NCBI GenBank assembly: GCA_002269645.1
Contig: NIVC01001897.1
Location: forward strand, 211,873-275,872
Length of the DNA stretch: 64,000 nt
Direction: 5' to 3'
From: Macrostomum lignano
Lineage: Eukaryota
Shown: one piece after another, positions 54,474 through 64,000 of the stretch
Layout: each line of letters begins with the position of its first letter
Numbering within the stretch: the first letter of the stretch is position 1
Notes under the pieces: generated by a model
What the model saw: only the letters and a program-made list of their open reading frames with translations
What the model was told of the DNA's origin: nothing
Databases searched by the model: none
Made by a program: the position numbers and the translations under genes

Positions 54474-57400
54474 TCAAAGCTGACCGGAATCCCGCAGAAA
54501 TTTCTCATAGTCGGCGTACATATCGTCTGTCATGTTTTGCATCTCACCGCCAGTATAAGAGTACTGCTGCTGCTGCTGCTGCTGTCCAGGGAAGCCGGAG
54601 CCGGCGGAGGGTGGCTGGTAGCCAGACTGGCCCATCAGGCTGGCAGCACGAAGTTCCAACAGGCGGATCAGATCCAGCGACACCTGCAGGGGATTGGGGG
54701 TTGAGACCAGGCTTTTTAAGTACGGTTGAGAGTTAGTTTATTTCGGAGAATAGATGGATTCTAAATGGAGTTCGGTGACGAAGGCGTACAAGTGGACAGG
54801 TAGCACAAGTAGATGGACAGGTAACAGGAGTAGATAGATAGGTAACAGGGGTAGATAGACAGGCAACAAGAGTAGATAGACAGGTGACAGGAGTAGATAG
54901 ACAGGTAACAGGAGTAGATAGACAGGTAACAGGAGTAGATAGATAGGTAACAGGAGTAGATAGACAGGTAACAGGATTAGATAGACAGGTAACAGGGGTA
55001 GATAGACAGGTAACAGGAGTAGATAGACAGGTAACAGTAGATAGACAGGTAACAGGAGTAGATAGACAGGTAACAGTAGATAGACAGGTAACAGGAGTAG
55101 ATAGACAGGTAACAGTAGATAGACAGGTAACAGGAGTAGATAGACAGGTAACAGGAGTAGATAGTTAGGTAACAGGAGTAGATAGACAGGTAACAGGATT
55201 AGATAGACAGGTAACAGGGGTAGATAGACAGGTAACAGGAGTAGATAGACAGGTAACAGTAGATAGACAGGTAACAGTAGATAGACAGGTAACAGGAGTA
55301 GATAGACAGGTAACAGTAGATAGACAGGTAACAGGAGTAGATAGACAGGTAACAGGAGTAGATAGACAGGTAAAAGGAGTAGATAGACAGGTAAAAGGTG
55401 ACAAAAGGTGCTAAGCCAGCCAATCATGTAATATCCCAACCTGAGGATTTCCCACACGGCCAGAGGCGGCGGCATTCCTAAGCTGATCATAGATGTCGCC
55501 AAGCAGTTGAATAACATCGCTGCCGCCATCAAAGTCCGGATCGCAACAGTCAAAATCCAGAGGCGCACCAATCGCTGACAGTATGCTGTGAACAGTTTTA
55601 AAAGCCAACGGACAGCCGCTAAGATTGACCAGCTGTGTAAGAAACAGCAGAGTATTACGCATTAGAGGACCCTGACGCTGGGTTGGCGAGCTCAAGCTAG
55701 GCAGATTAAGGTAGAGCCAAGAGAACAGCTTAATGTAGTTGGCCTGCTCCGAGCTGACAGCTCGAAGATTAGCAATCTCTCGTCGGATTCTATCGTTCTC
55801 AGTTGAGCAAACTGTTAATAGTGCTTCGTAGATTGGATTGCAGGCCAATGGACTCTTGGTTCGAGGGCTGATGAGGTGCGGGCACACCTGAGGCGGGGTG
55901 CGAAACAAATGAGAAGGTGAACTTGTTCAGCTAGCGATACTTCCTCAGATGCTTCAGGTACACCCTTAGATGCTTCAGGTACACCCTTAGATGCCCCAGG
56001 TTCACCCTTAGATGCTCCAGGTACACCCACCCTCAGATCTGCTTCAGGTACACCCACCCTCAGATCTGCTTCAGGTACACCCACCCTCAGATCTGCTTCA
56101 GGTACACCCACCCTCAGATCTGCTTCAGGTACACCCACCCTCAGATCTGCTTCAGGTACACCCACCCTCAGATCTGCTTCAGGTACACCCACCCTCAGAT
56201 CTGCTTCAGGTACACCCACCCTCAGATCTGCTTCAGGTACACTCACCCTCAGATCTGCTTCAGGTACACCCACCCTCAGATCTGCTTCAGGTACACCCAC
56301 CCTCAGATCTGCTTCAGGTACACCCACCCTCAGATCTGCTTCAGGTACACCCTCAGATGCTTCAGGTACACCCTCAGATGCTTCAGGTACACCCTCCCCA
56401 AATGCTTTAGGTACACCCTCCCCAAATGCTTCAAGTATACCCTCCCTAAATTATTCAGATACACCCTTAGATGCTTCAGTGGGTGCCGCTACCCCCTATT
56501 TCAGATGCTTCAGTGGGTGCTGCAAACCCCTCCTCAGCTGCTTCAGTGGGTGCCGCAACCCTCTCAGATGCTTCAGTGGGTGCCGCAACCCCCTCAGATG
56601 CTTCAGTGGGTGCCGCAACCCTCTCAGATGCTTCAGTGGGTGCCGCAACCCCCTCAGATGCTTCAGTGGGTGCCGCTACCCCCTCAGATGCTTCAGTGGG
56701 TGCCGCTACCCCCTCAGATGCTTCAGTGGGTGCTGCAAACCCCTCCTCAGCTGCTTCAGTGGGTGCCGCAACCCTCTCAGATGCTTCAGTGGGTGCCGCA
56801 ACCCTCTCAGATGCTTCAGTGGGTGCCGCTACCCCCTCAGATGCTTCAGTGGGTGCCGCTACCCCCTCAGATGCTTCAGTGGGTGCCGCTACCCCCTCAG
56901 ATGCTTCAGTGGGTGCCGCAACCCCCAACCTCAGATGCTTCAGTGGGTGCCGCTACCCCCTCAGATGCTTCAGTGGGTGCCGCAACCCTCCCTCTCAGCT
57001 GCTTCAGTGGGTGCCGCTACCCTCTCAGCTGCTTCAGTGGGTGCTGCGCTACCCCCAGAGCTTCCCTCACCTGAGGCGACACAACAAAATTCACAGCCAA
57101 GAATGTCAGCAAATTGGCTGCCGCATCGCACAGAGCTCCGTCCCGTTTAACGCAATCTAAGGCGGCGGACACAACTTTGGCGGGGTCATCTCGGGTCAGA
57201 GTGGTCTGATACAGTCGCATCAGACAGGCATTCAATTCAACATCGTCTCCGCCACTGAGACTGCTGGCGCCGACGCTGGCAGCTGACAAGATTGTCAGAG
57301 ACTCGCTAATTAATTGATTAATAGGATCGTTGTTGCCATGCTGTTGCCATGGTGGCGGCTGGTGAGTCATAGACGATGATGAAGCGGCAGGCTGCTGCTG

Positions 57401-57627
57401 TCTAGACGAGGTCACCGCCGCCGCCCCGCCGTGGGTCGCAGCGGCACAAAATCAGGCACGTCGACATTCCAGGAATGGGCGGCAGTGTTAGGCAGGTCGG
57501 TTTTGTCGCCGCTGCCAAGTATGGGCCGGGCGTCGGCAGTGCTGGGCAGGGCGGCTGCTACATCAGACAAGTCGGCTAAAAACCGTTTATTGCCAGATCT
57601 TGGCGCTCTCTGTTGCTGACTGCTCAT
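54474..57627 (-). CDS. PAIP1: Polyadenylate-binding protein-interacting protein 1 (PAM2 + MIF4G + acidic tail); exons 57627-57071 (frameshift near 57425), 55887-55441, 54683-54474
   Basis: PAM2-like SWNVDVPDFVP, helical MIF4G-like middle, LIRLLELRAASL (compare LLKLVELRSSNW), and C-terminal MTDDMYADYEKFLRDS* (compare MDPEIEEAYEKFCLES). Both introns are GT-AG, phase 0. Confidence 0.82.
54790..55395 (+). repeat. 18/21-bp minisatellite (gtagatagacaggtaacagga) in PAIP1 intron 2
   Basis: Direct reading. Confidence 0.95.
55935..57050 (+). repeat. Related 21-, 27- and 30-bp minisatellites sharing cagat(ct)gcttcag, filling PAIP1 intron 1
   Basis: cttagatgcttcaggtacacc; ctcagatctgcttcaggtacacccacc; tcagatgcttcagtgggtgccgcaaccccc. 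Confidence 0.95.
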
Positions 57628-58095
57628 GATTGAGGGAGTAGTAGTTTCAGTTGGTGCAGTGTTGCAATAAAATAATAGATGGTGACATGCAATTGGTTGG
57701 CGATGTCTTTTATTGTCAGGATCTTGAGATTACAGAAGTGGGATCAGGAACCATATTAAATTTACAAACATATATACACTATACAGGTCAGGCAGAATAA
57801 AAAATAATTTTAAACTAATAAAAATCCACTACAAACTACACTCATGTTAGCATAGCTTCATACCTTTTCATGGGCTGTTTAGCAAGCTCTATGAATATCA
57901 ATATACCAGTACATACCAAAAGATAAACATTGGGTCTGCCTCCCATCAAAAGCAATTACAAAAACCTGCCTCCTACAATTTTCCAAGAAATATAGTTTCC
58001 AATCCTTTTACTTAAAAGTAGTCCTTGGATTTTCTATTAGTGTTCTTCTATAATTATGACTACAACCATATACTACATAGCAACTATAGCAAGAT

Positions 58096-58130
58096 ACTAG
58101 CAATCTAGTGCGGCCCCCCTTTGGGGCGCC
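58096..58130 (-). mobile_element. Possible Helitron 3' terminus
   Basis: On the minus strand a GC-rich hairpin (gcgccccaaaggggggccgc) is followed about 9 nt later by CTAG|T. The 5' TC end was not identified. Confidence 0.35.
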
Positions 58131-58379
58131 CAATAAGAAAGGAGCAAAAATAGTTCACGGAAAACAATAAAGAAGCAAATTTTCTTAAACACCAATTCCT
58201 TCTTCACTTTTAAAAATCACCTTAGCTCGTATTCGGGTAAAATTGTCACGGACAAAGATGTTTAAAAAGTGAAAGAATCACTTTTTCTCTAAAATTAATA
58301 AACGAACAACAAAATATTGCTTCCCCTAAATAGAAAATATTCCCAAGACAGCAAGCACCCCCTCCAAAAGTAAACAACC

Positions 58380-58600
58380 GCAGATAGCAAGCATCCTCTA
58401 ATGCTCATAGCAAGCATCCCCCAGATAGAAGCATCTACCCAGATAGCAAGCATCCTGCAGATAGCAAGAATCCCTAAATAGCAAGCATCCCTGGATAGAA
58501 AGAATCCCATACATGTAGCCAGTACCCCCCTCCCAAATAGCAAGTATCCCCCTCGAGAGCAAGCATCCTCCAGATAGCAAGCATCCGCGAGACAGCAAGT
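58380..58600 (+). repeat. ~20-bp degenerate repeat (gatagcaagcatcc...)
   Basis: Direct reading. Confidence 0.75.
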
Positions 58601-58729
58601 AGCTAGTGCAAATGTTACCTCCGCTAATGCAATAATCGCTTTCTCAGGTTGTGCAACAGTCCACGTCTCAGTGAGCGCAATAATCTTTTTTTAGACAGCG
58701 CAATAATCAGCTTCTCAGCTAGTGCAATA

Positions 58730-59084
58730 ATCCTTTACTCATCAAGTACAAAAATCTATGTCTCAGCTAGTGCAATAGCCCTTTCTAATCTAGTGCAATA
58801 AACCTTGGCTTATCGAGTGCAATAATCCGTGGTTTATCAAGTGCAATATTCCTTGTTATCAAAGTGCGATAATCCTTGGCTTATCAAGTGCAATATTCTT
58901 TATTATCCAGTGCAATAATCGATGGCTTATCAAGTGCAATATTCCTTGGTTTATCAAGCGCAGTATTCTTTGGCTTATCAAATGCAATAATTTTTGGTTT
59001 ATCAAGCGCAGTAATCTTTGGCTTATCAAGTGCAATAATCCTTGGTGTATCAAATGCAATAATCTTTGGCTTATCAAGTGCAAT
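58730..59084 (+). repeat. 24-bp minisatellite (ttatcaagtgcaataatccttggc), left part
   Basis: Same unit as 63470-64000. Confidence 0.9.
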
Positions 59085-59097
59085 GTAACGATATATA

Positions 59098-59182
59098 CCG
59101 ATTTTTTTCGGCAGCAATTGCGTAAGCTGAAGCCGCGTAGCGGCTGAAGCTTAGTAGAGCAATTGCTGCCGAAAAAAATCGG
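59098..59182. mobile_element. 85-bp MITE with 24-bp perfect TIRs and TA duplication (Tc1/mariner-pogo/Tc2-like)
   Basis: TA-CCGATTTTTTTCGGCAGCAATTGC...GCAATTGCTGCCGAAAAAAATCGG-TA. Confidence 0.65.
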
Positions 59183-59582
59183 TACATGTCATTATTGTAC
59201 CCTTTTGACTTCCCTTGTCTATGGCCCAGACATAGTGCGGATGCTGAGTATGAAATGCGATTGTTGCCGGAATGCGCTTTGAAAGGGTTATAGAGATAAT
59301 CAATCGTATATGGCAAATTTAGTTGCTCTCTAAATGAAAGGGTTGTAGAGATAATTAATCGTTTATGGCAAATTTAAAGGACAGTGAAGACAGCTAGCCT
59401 GGCTGCCATGAGTTAATTCTCAAGTTGATTTTGAGCTTGAATTAATTCTCCTATTCGGAGTGCAAATAGGAAAAGTAGCTATGATTCGCTACGCAAACAT
59501 TCCTGGCGGAGAAATATGTGGACTCTCCACGGACGAGTTGGCTTTTGTCACCCGAGAGTCGAGCACGCGCTACGTTCTGGAG

Positions 59583-60235
59583 ATGGACAACCTGGATGCG
59601 TCGTCCAGTTCCAACGGGCTGCCTGAGCTAGGTAGCGAAGATCTGGAAATGTTGAACCGACTTGAGAGTGACTCAGTGCCGAAATCGACCGAGACGCAAC
59701 GGAAGCTTCACGTGGCAAGGTTCCGACAGTTCCTCAACGAGAAGGGGCTCTGCCAGGAGTTTGAGCGTGTTCCGGATCGATTTTTGAACGATTATCTGAG
59801 GCTTTTCTATTCATCCCTTCGAAAGCAGGATGGAACTTACTATGCGCCAAAGTCTCTCATCTGTTTTCGTGCGGCTATTCAACGCCACCTGCAATCCCCG
59901 TCCGTTAATCGCCAGGTGAACATCATTACCGGAGAAGCCTTCAAGCGTTGCAATGGCGTTCTTGTCGCCATGGTGAAAATGTACATGGAAGGACACGTAG
60001 AGAAGGTAGACAAATACGAAGCTATTTCCGAGGACGACATGCAAACAATTCGCGCATACTTTGATCGAACGTCCCTTCGTAGATTGACGACGATGCGGAA
60101 TCCACCATCGGAAGTGTGACAACTGGGTCTGATAGAGGCGAGCTGATGAAAGCACCCGAGGGCGGCCAAGACCTGCCGAAAAGCCTCTGTGGTGGTCAGT
60201 TCCACAACTGCACATTCAACTTTTACGGAAAGTAA
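59583..60235 (+). pseudogene. Crypton-type recombinase with the catalytic domain deleted; the N-terminal half is fused out of frame near 60086 to the C-terminal tail
   Basis: LNDYLRLFYSSLRKQDGTYY..KSL..FRAAIQRHL...NII....F...N.VL and AISEDDM..I..YFD are typical of Crypton/KCTD1/ZMYM/QRICH1-like proteins as I recall them. The tail GQFHNCTFNFYGK* is in another frame, and no R-H-R-Y catalytic region is present. Confidence 0.75.
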
Positions 60236-60315
60236 AACAATTGATTCGATCGGTTTGTTCTTAAGAACTTTTTGTGACTATGAAACACTTTCGCCGTGTT
60301 GCTATTGTTGTTCCT

Positions 60316-63300
60316 CACAGTGTATTTCTATGGTGACATTTTTTGAAAAAAATGGCCACCCCAGATTTTTACTATCATCAATAGATCATGTATGTCCAGA
60401 GAGAATGCTACAAGACTTTAAAAAATCCATCAAGCAGTTGCTAAGAAACTACTGTTTTTCTGTTTTTAATGCTGTTTTATGCTGTTTCGTGCTATTTGTT
60501 TTTGTTTTTCTAGTTCAAACAGAAAATCACTTATAAGCTTAAGGTCCATTTGTTTAGCCAACAAATAGGCTGTTTTTTACACACATTTCATATGCTAATC
60601 AAAATGAATGTTCCAAAAATACAGGGTACAATTGTGTGATTGAATGTAACAAATAGGTTTTGTACTAACTGTACTACTTCTCTATTGAGGGGAGACTGTG
60701 TGTGCATGATTTGGAGTTGAAGAACGCAGTCACTCATCTATTACTCAATCAAATAGTGTGCTATACATTGCGCAATGCACACAAGTTTGCTGAGCTAAAA
60801 ACTTGTCTGCTCAGCAATCAATGAATATATATAAGTCGCTCTTATCGATTGATTTCACTTTAATCTAACTAGAGAAGTTTTTATATTCATTGCACAATCT
60901 CTGCGTCTCATTACATATCAGATTTGTTGTGTAGCACCTTTCTTAATCGACACCAAGCACGCTCAGTGTTAGGCATTATGAGTAAAAGCAGCAGTGCCAG
61001 AACGCACGAAGATGCTCGTCTCATCGTCTGCCTCATCTGCATGCATAAGGGCAAGGAAATGCGCCGGATAAATGAGCACATGCAGTCACTCATCTCAGAG
61101 TTCAAGATGCATGGCTACGATACGCAGGACAATCGGCTACCAAGTGCTCTGTGCACAAAATGCAGGATAACGCTGCTAGAGTACGAGAAAGGAAACTTTT
61201 CGTCCTCGCTGCCCGACTTCGACCACTCTAAGATTGGAGCCCAGCCTCCTCGAACACGAAGCCGAGCAGCTACTCGATGCAACTGTATTGTGTGTCAGGC
61301 TGCCAGAGAAAGCTCCGCAAACTTTGGACATCCAGCAGCAGTTAATCGGCGACCACGAGGAAGGCCAAGCGCTGACAGTCAAAGTAGGATTGTTTGCGAG
61401 CCCACTGCCAGCACTGTGTCAAAAACTCGACGCCCAGTCAGCATGAAGCTCTGTGTGAAGTGCCTCTCGCAGCTAAATCGAGGCAAGTCACATGTCTGTA
61501 CTCCTGCTACAAGGGCACATAATGCAGAAGGCTTTTACATGGAAGTGGAGCCACCATCTCAGAGTACGCCGAAGCAACCACAGCAGCTGAGCGTCAGCAG
61601 CATGGTGAGCATTCAGCAGGATATGGGCCTCAGCACGCGCTCTATGCTGAAGCTGGCTCACCATATTAGAGCAGCGTCGGGTTCAAAAACAGCTGTAGAG
61701 TCGTACCTCCAACAAAAGCTGTCTGACATTCACCACCAGCTCGACAGCTTTTTTGAACTACAACAGTTGGACTTCGTCAACATGGAGCGAGGAGTTGTGA
61801 CAGAAGTAACATCACGTCCAGCTGTTATTTGTGTGCGCATTCAGCAGCTTCTCAAGCGAATTATTCAAGAAAGACAACTGAACCCATCGACCTGTATGAT
61901 TAAGGTTGGCATTGATGGAGGTGGTGGGTTCTTCAAGATCTGCCTGTCTGTGTTTGATTCCAGTTGGTGTGTTGACTCCACTGAGCCTTCACAGGCAGCC
62001 TGTAGCAGCAACTCTCGCAGCAGTCGGCTAAAGCACTCCGGTGTTAAACGAATTCTTATTGTAGCCATCGCACCAGCCATTCAAGAAAATTACCAGAACC
62101 TGGAGTTGCTGTGGAGGGCAGCTGGACTGAGCAGTCTTCAAGGCAAATTTACCATCGCTAGCGACTTAAAGCTGTGCAACATGCTGCTTGGGCTTATGGC
62201 TCACAGTGCTGCTCATCCCTGCTGCTGGTGCGATGCCCACAAGAATAAGCTATTGCAGAAGGGCACAGATCGCACACTGAAGCTTCTCGAAGACAGCCAT
62301 GCAAACTTCCAGGCTTCTGGCTCCAAGCTTGCAGCTGCCAAGAATTTTGGAAATGTGGTACGTCCCTGTCTTCTAGAAAATTTCCCAGCCTCAACAATGG
62401 TCCTAGAAATTGTACCACCGCCCGAACTGCACCTGCTAACTGGAGTAGTAAATACCATTTACTGTAGTATGCAGTCAGTGTGGCCAGAGTGTGACAGATG
62501 GCTGCATCACTGCCACGTCGCCAGGGAGGCAATTCACGGAGGCAGTTTTACCGGCAACAGCTGCAAAGTGCTCCTGCAGAATGTTGATGCTCTGGCATCG
62601 ATGTGCCCGCTACAGTGCTTGCCGTACGTTGCTGCACTGCGCTGCTTCAGGCTTGTTGTGTCCAGCTGCTTTGGCAATGAACTGGCCTCCAATTTCCAGC
62701 AGACGATCGCTGATTTTCAAGTGACGTTCATGGACCTCGGGATCTCAGTGACACCGAAAGTTCACACAGTGCTGCATCATGTGCCACAGTTCTGTTTGAT
62801 GCAACAGCGAGGACTTGGTCCCTGGAGTGAACAGGCATCTGAAGCAGTGCACCACGACTTTCAGCAGCTATGGGCGAACTTCAAGGTCAAGGATGTAGAA
62901 AATCCCAGCTTTGGAAGTCGTTTGCTTCAGGCTGTGCGTCATTATAATAGCCGACATGTGTAGGACATGTAGTCAGTGTGGACTTTGACATTGTTTTCAC
63001 TCCTAATGTGTAATTTATATTGACATTGTACAACTACGTTTCAAGCTGAAAGTTTTTATATTGTACAAGCATTCTTTAAATTTATACTAATAATATAATT
63101 TATTAATGTTGAAAGAAAAACATTGAATAACGTTTTTGATACCAATTTGCCTATTATAACCTGTATCAAAGCAAAAAAATGAAAACAGCATGAAACAGCA
63201 TGAAAAACAGAAAAACAGTAGTTACTCAGCAACCGCTCGACAGATTTTTTTAATATTGTGGCTTCCTCTCTAGAAAAATGTGATCTATTAATGATAGTAA

Positions 63301-63353
63301 AAATCTTGAGTGGCCATTTTTTTCAAAAAATCTTACCAAAGAAATACACTGTG
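60316..63353 (+). mobile_element. Chapaev (CMC) DNA transposon, 3038 bp, apparently complete
   Basis: CACAGTGTATTTCT termini (14 bp perfect, about 190 bp imperfect TIR) and a 4-bp target duplication TCCT (60312-15 and 63354-57). Confidence 0.92.
60978..62963 (+). CDS. Chapaev transposase, 661 aa, intronless
   Basis: N-terminal H-X7-C-X2-C-X33-P-X3-C-X2-C (Chapa-type zinc finger), KVGIDGGGGF, IASDLKL, PPELHLL, TPKVH..LHH and SEQASEAVH. Confidence 0.9.
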   Translation: MSKSSSARTHEDARLIVCLICMHKGKEMRRINEHMQSLISEFKMHGYDTQDNRLPSALCTKCRITLLEYEKGNFSSSLPDFDHSKIGAQPPRTRSRAATRCNCIVCQAARESSANFGHPAAVNRRPRGRPSADSQSRIVCEPTASTVSKTRRPVSMKLCVKCLSQLNRGKSHVCTPATRAHNAEGFYMEVEPPSQSTPKQPQQLSVSSMVSIQQDMGLSTRSMLKLAHHIRAASGSKTAVESYLQQKLSDIHHQLDSFFELQQLDFVNMERGVVTEVTSRPAVICVRIQQLLKRIIQERQLNPSTCMIKVGIDGGGGFFKICLSVFDSSWCVDSTEPSQAACSSNSRSSRLKHSGVKRILIVAIAPAIQENYQNLELLWRAAGLSSLQGKFTIASDLKLCNMLLGLMAHSAAHPCCWCDAHKNKLLQKGTDRTLKLLEDSHANFQASGSKLAAAKNFGNVVRPCLLENFPASTMVLEIVPPPELHLLTGVVNTIYCSMQSVWPECDRWLHHCHVAREAIHGGSFTGNSCKVLLQNVDALASMCPLQCLPYVAALRCFRLVVSSCFGNELASNFQQTIADFQVTFMDLGISVTPKVHTVLHHVPQFCLMQQRGLGPWSEQASEAVHHDFQQLWANFKVKDVENPSFGSRLLQAVRHYNSRHV

Positions 63354-63469
63354 TCCTTGTTTTGATAGCCAAATACATTCGTCTGAAATCCGGCAACAAT
63401 CGAAAAAAGCCGACAAACAATTAAATTGTTACCGCAAGTATGAATGCCGGAAACCATAGACAAAAGGAA

Positions 63470-64000
63470 CAATAATCATTGGCTTATCAAGTGCAATAAT
63501 CCTTGGTTTATCAAGCGCAGTAATCTTTGGCTTATTAAGTGCAATAATCCTTGGTGTATCAAATGCAATAATTTTGGCTTATCAAGTGCAATAATCATTG
63601 GCTTATCAAGTGCAATAATCTTGGTTTATCAAGCGCAGTAATCTTTGGCATATCAAGTGCAATAATCTTTGTTTATCAAGCGCAGTAATCTTTGGCTTAT
63701 CAAGTGCAATAATCATTGGTTTATCAAGCGCAGTAATCTTTGGCTTATCAAGTGCAATAATCCTTGGTTTATCAAGTGCAAAAATCCTTACAGTAGTCCT
63801 TGGTTTATCAAGTGCAATAATCCTTGGCTTATCAAGTGCAATAATCATTGGCTTATCAAGTGCAATAATCCTTGGTTTATCAAGCGCAGTAATCCTTGGT
63901 TTATCAAGCCAGTAATCCTTGCTTTATCAAGTGCAATAATCCTTAGTTTATCAAGTGCATAATCCTTGGTTTATCAAGTGCGTAATATTTGGTTTATCAA
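63470..64000 (+). repeat. 24-bp minisatellite (ttatcaagtgcaataatccttggc), right part, running off the window
   Basis: Period 24 (63805 to 63829). Confidence 0.95.

Larger units (their letters stand above)
59085..63469 (+). mobile_element. Crypton-like (tyrosine recombinase, DUF3504 family) non-autonomous element inserted into the 24-bp array; about 1.34 kb excluding the Chapaev insertion
   Basis: The array unit is split with CAAT duplicated (59081-84 and 63470-73). Subterminal inverted repeats: ttgtctatgg (59215-24) with ccatagacaa (63454-63) and cgattgttgccgga (59258-71) with tccggcaacaatcg (63389-402). A Crypton-like ORF lies inside. Confidence 0.7.

Noticed and set aside
54412-54476. Read-through of the TGA at 54474 to fuse PAIP1 with the bZIP exon
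   Set aside because: The residues before the stop match the natural PAIP1 C-terminus, and the strong downstream donor is in the wrong phase.
55815-57160. VGVPEADLR and SDASVGAATP repeat proteins
   Set aside because: Unit lengths are multiples of 3, but they lie in PAIP1 intron 1 with no independent gene signals.
60189-60536. 115-aa ORF spanning the Chapaev left end
   Set aside because: It crosses the insertion junction and translates TIR sequence.

Overview
Eukaryotic (animal) genomic DNA with GT-AG introns, GC-rich exons and roughly 40% of the window (rough manual estimate) in tandem repeats. The style resembles the flatworm Macrostomum, which is inference only. Left to right: (1) a two-gene CMC/EnSpm-type DNA transposon on the minus strand (spliced transposase plus a 5-exon DUF4806-like accessory gene); (2) an 8-exon MAP10-like gene; (3) an NHL-repeat pseudogene next to an intact intronless coiled-coil/NHL gene; (4) fragments of an unidentified, partly stop-interrupted minus-strand gene, with a deleted mariner element carrying 196-bp TIRs in that interval; (5) a 52-bp array carrying NF-Y/ERSE motifs; (6) the 3' exons of a Naked cuticle gene; (7) a CREB/ATF1-family bZIP exon and a 3-exon PAIP1 gene with one frameshift; (8) a nested stack: a 24-bp minisatellite containing a catalytically deleted Crypton-like element, which itself carries an 85-bp MITE and an apparently intact Chapaev transposon. 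Most long ORFs in the supplied track are artefacts of stop-free minisatellites. Family assignments come from motif recognition from memory, not from database searches. The most interesting leads are the Crypton-in-satellite junction, the ERSE promoter array, and minisatellites seeded at splice junctions.
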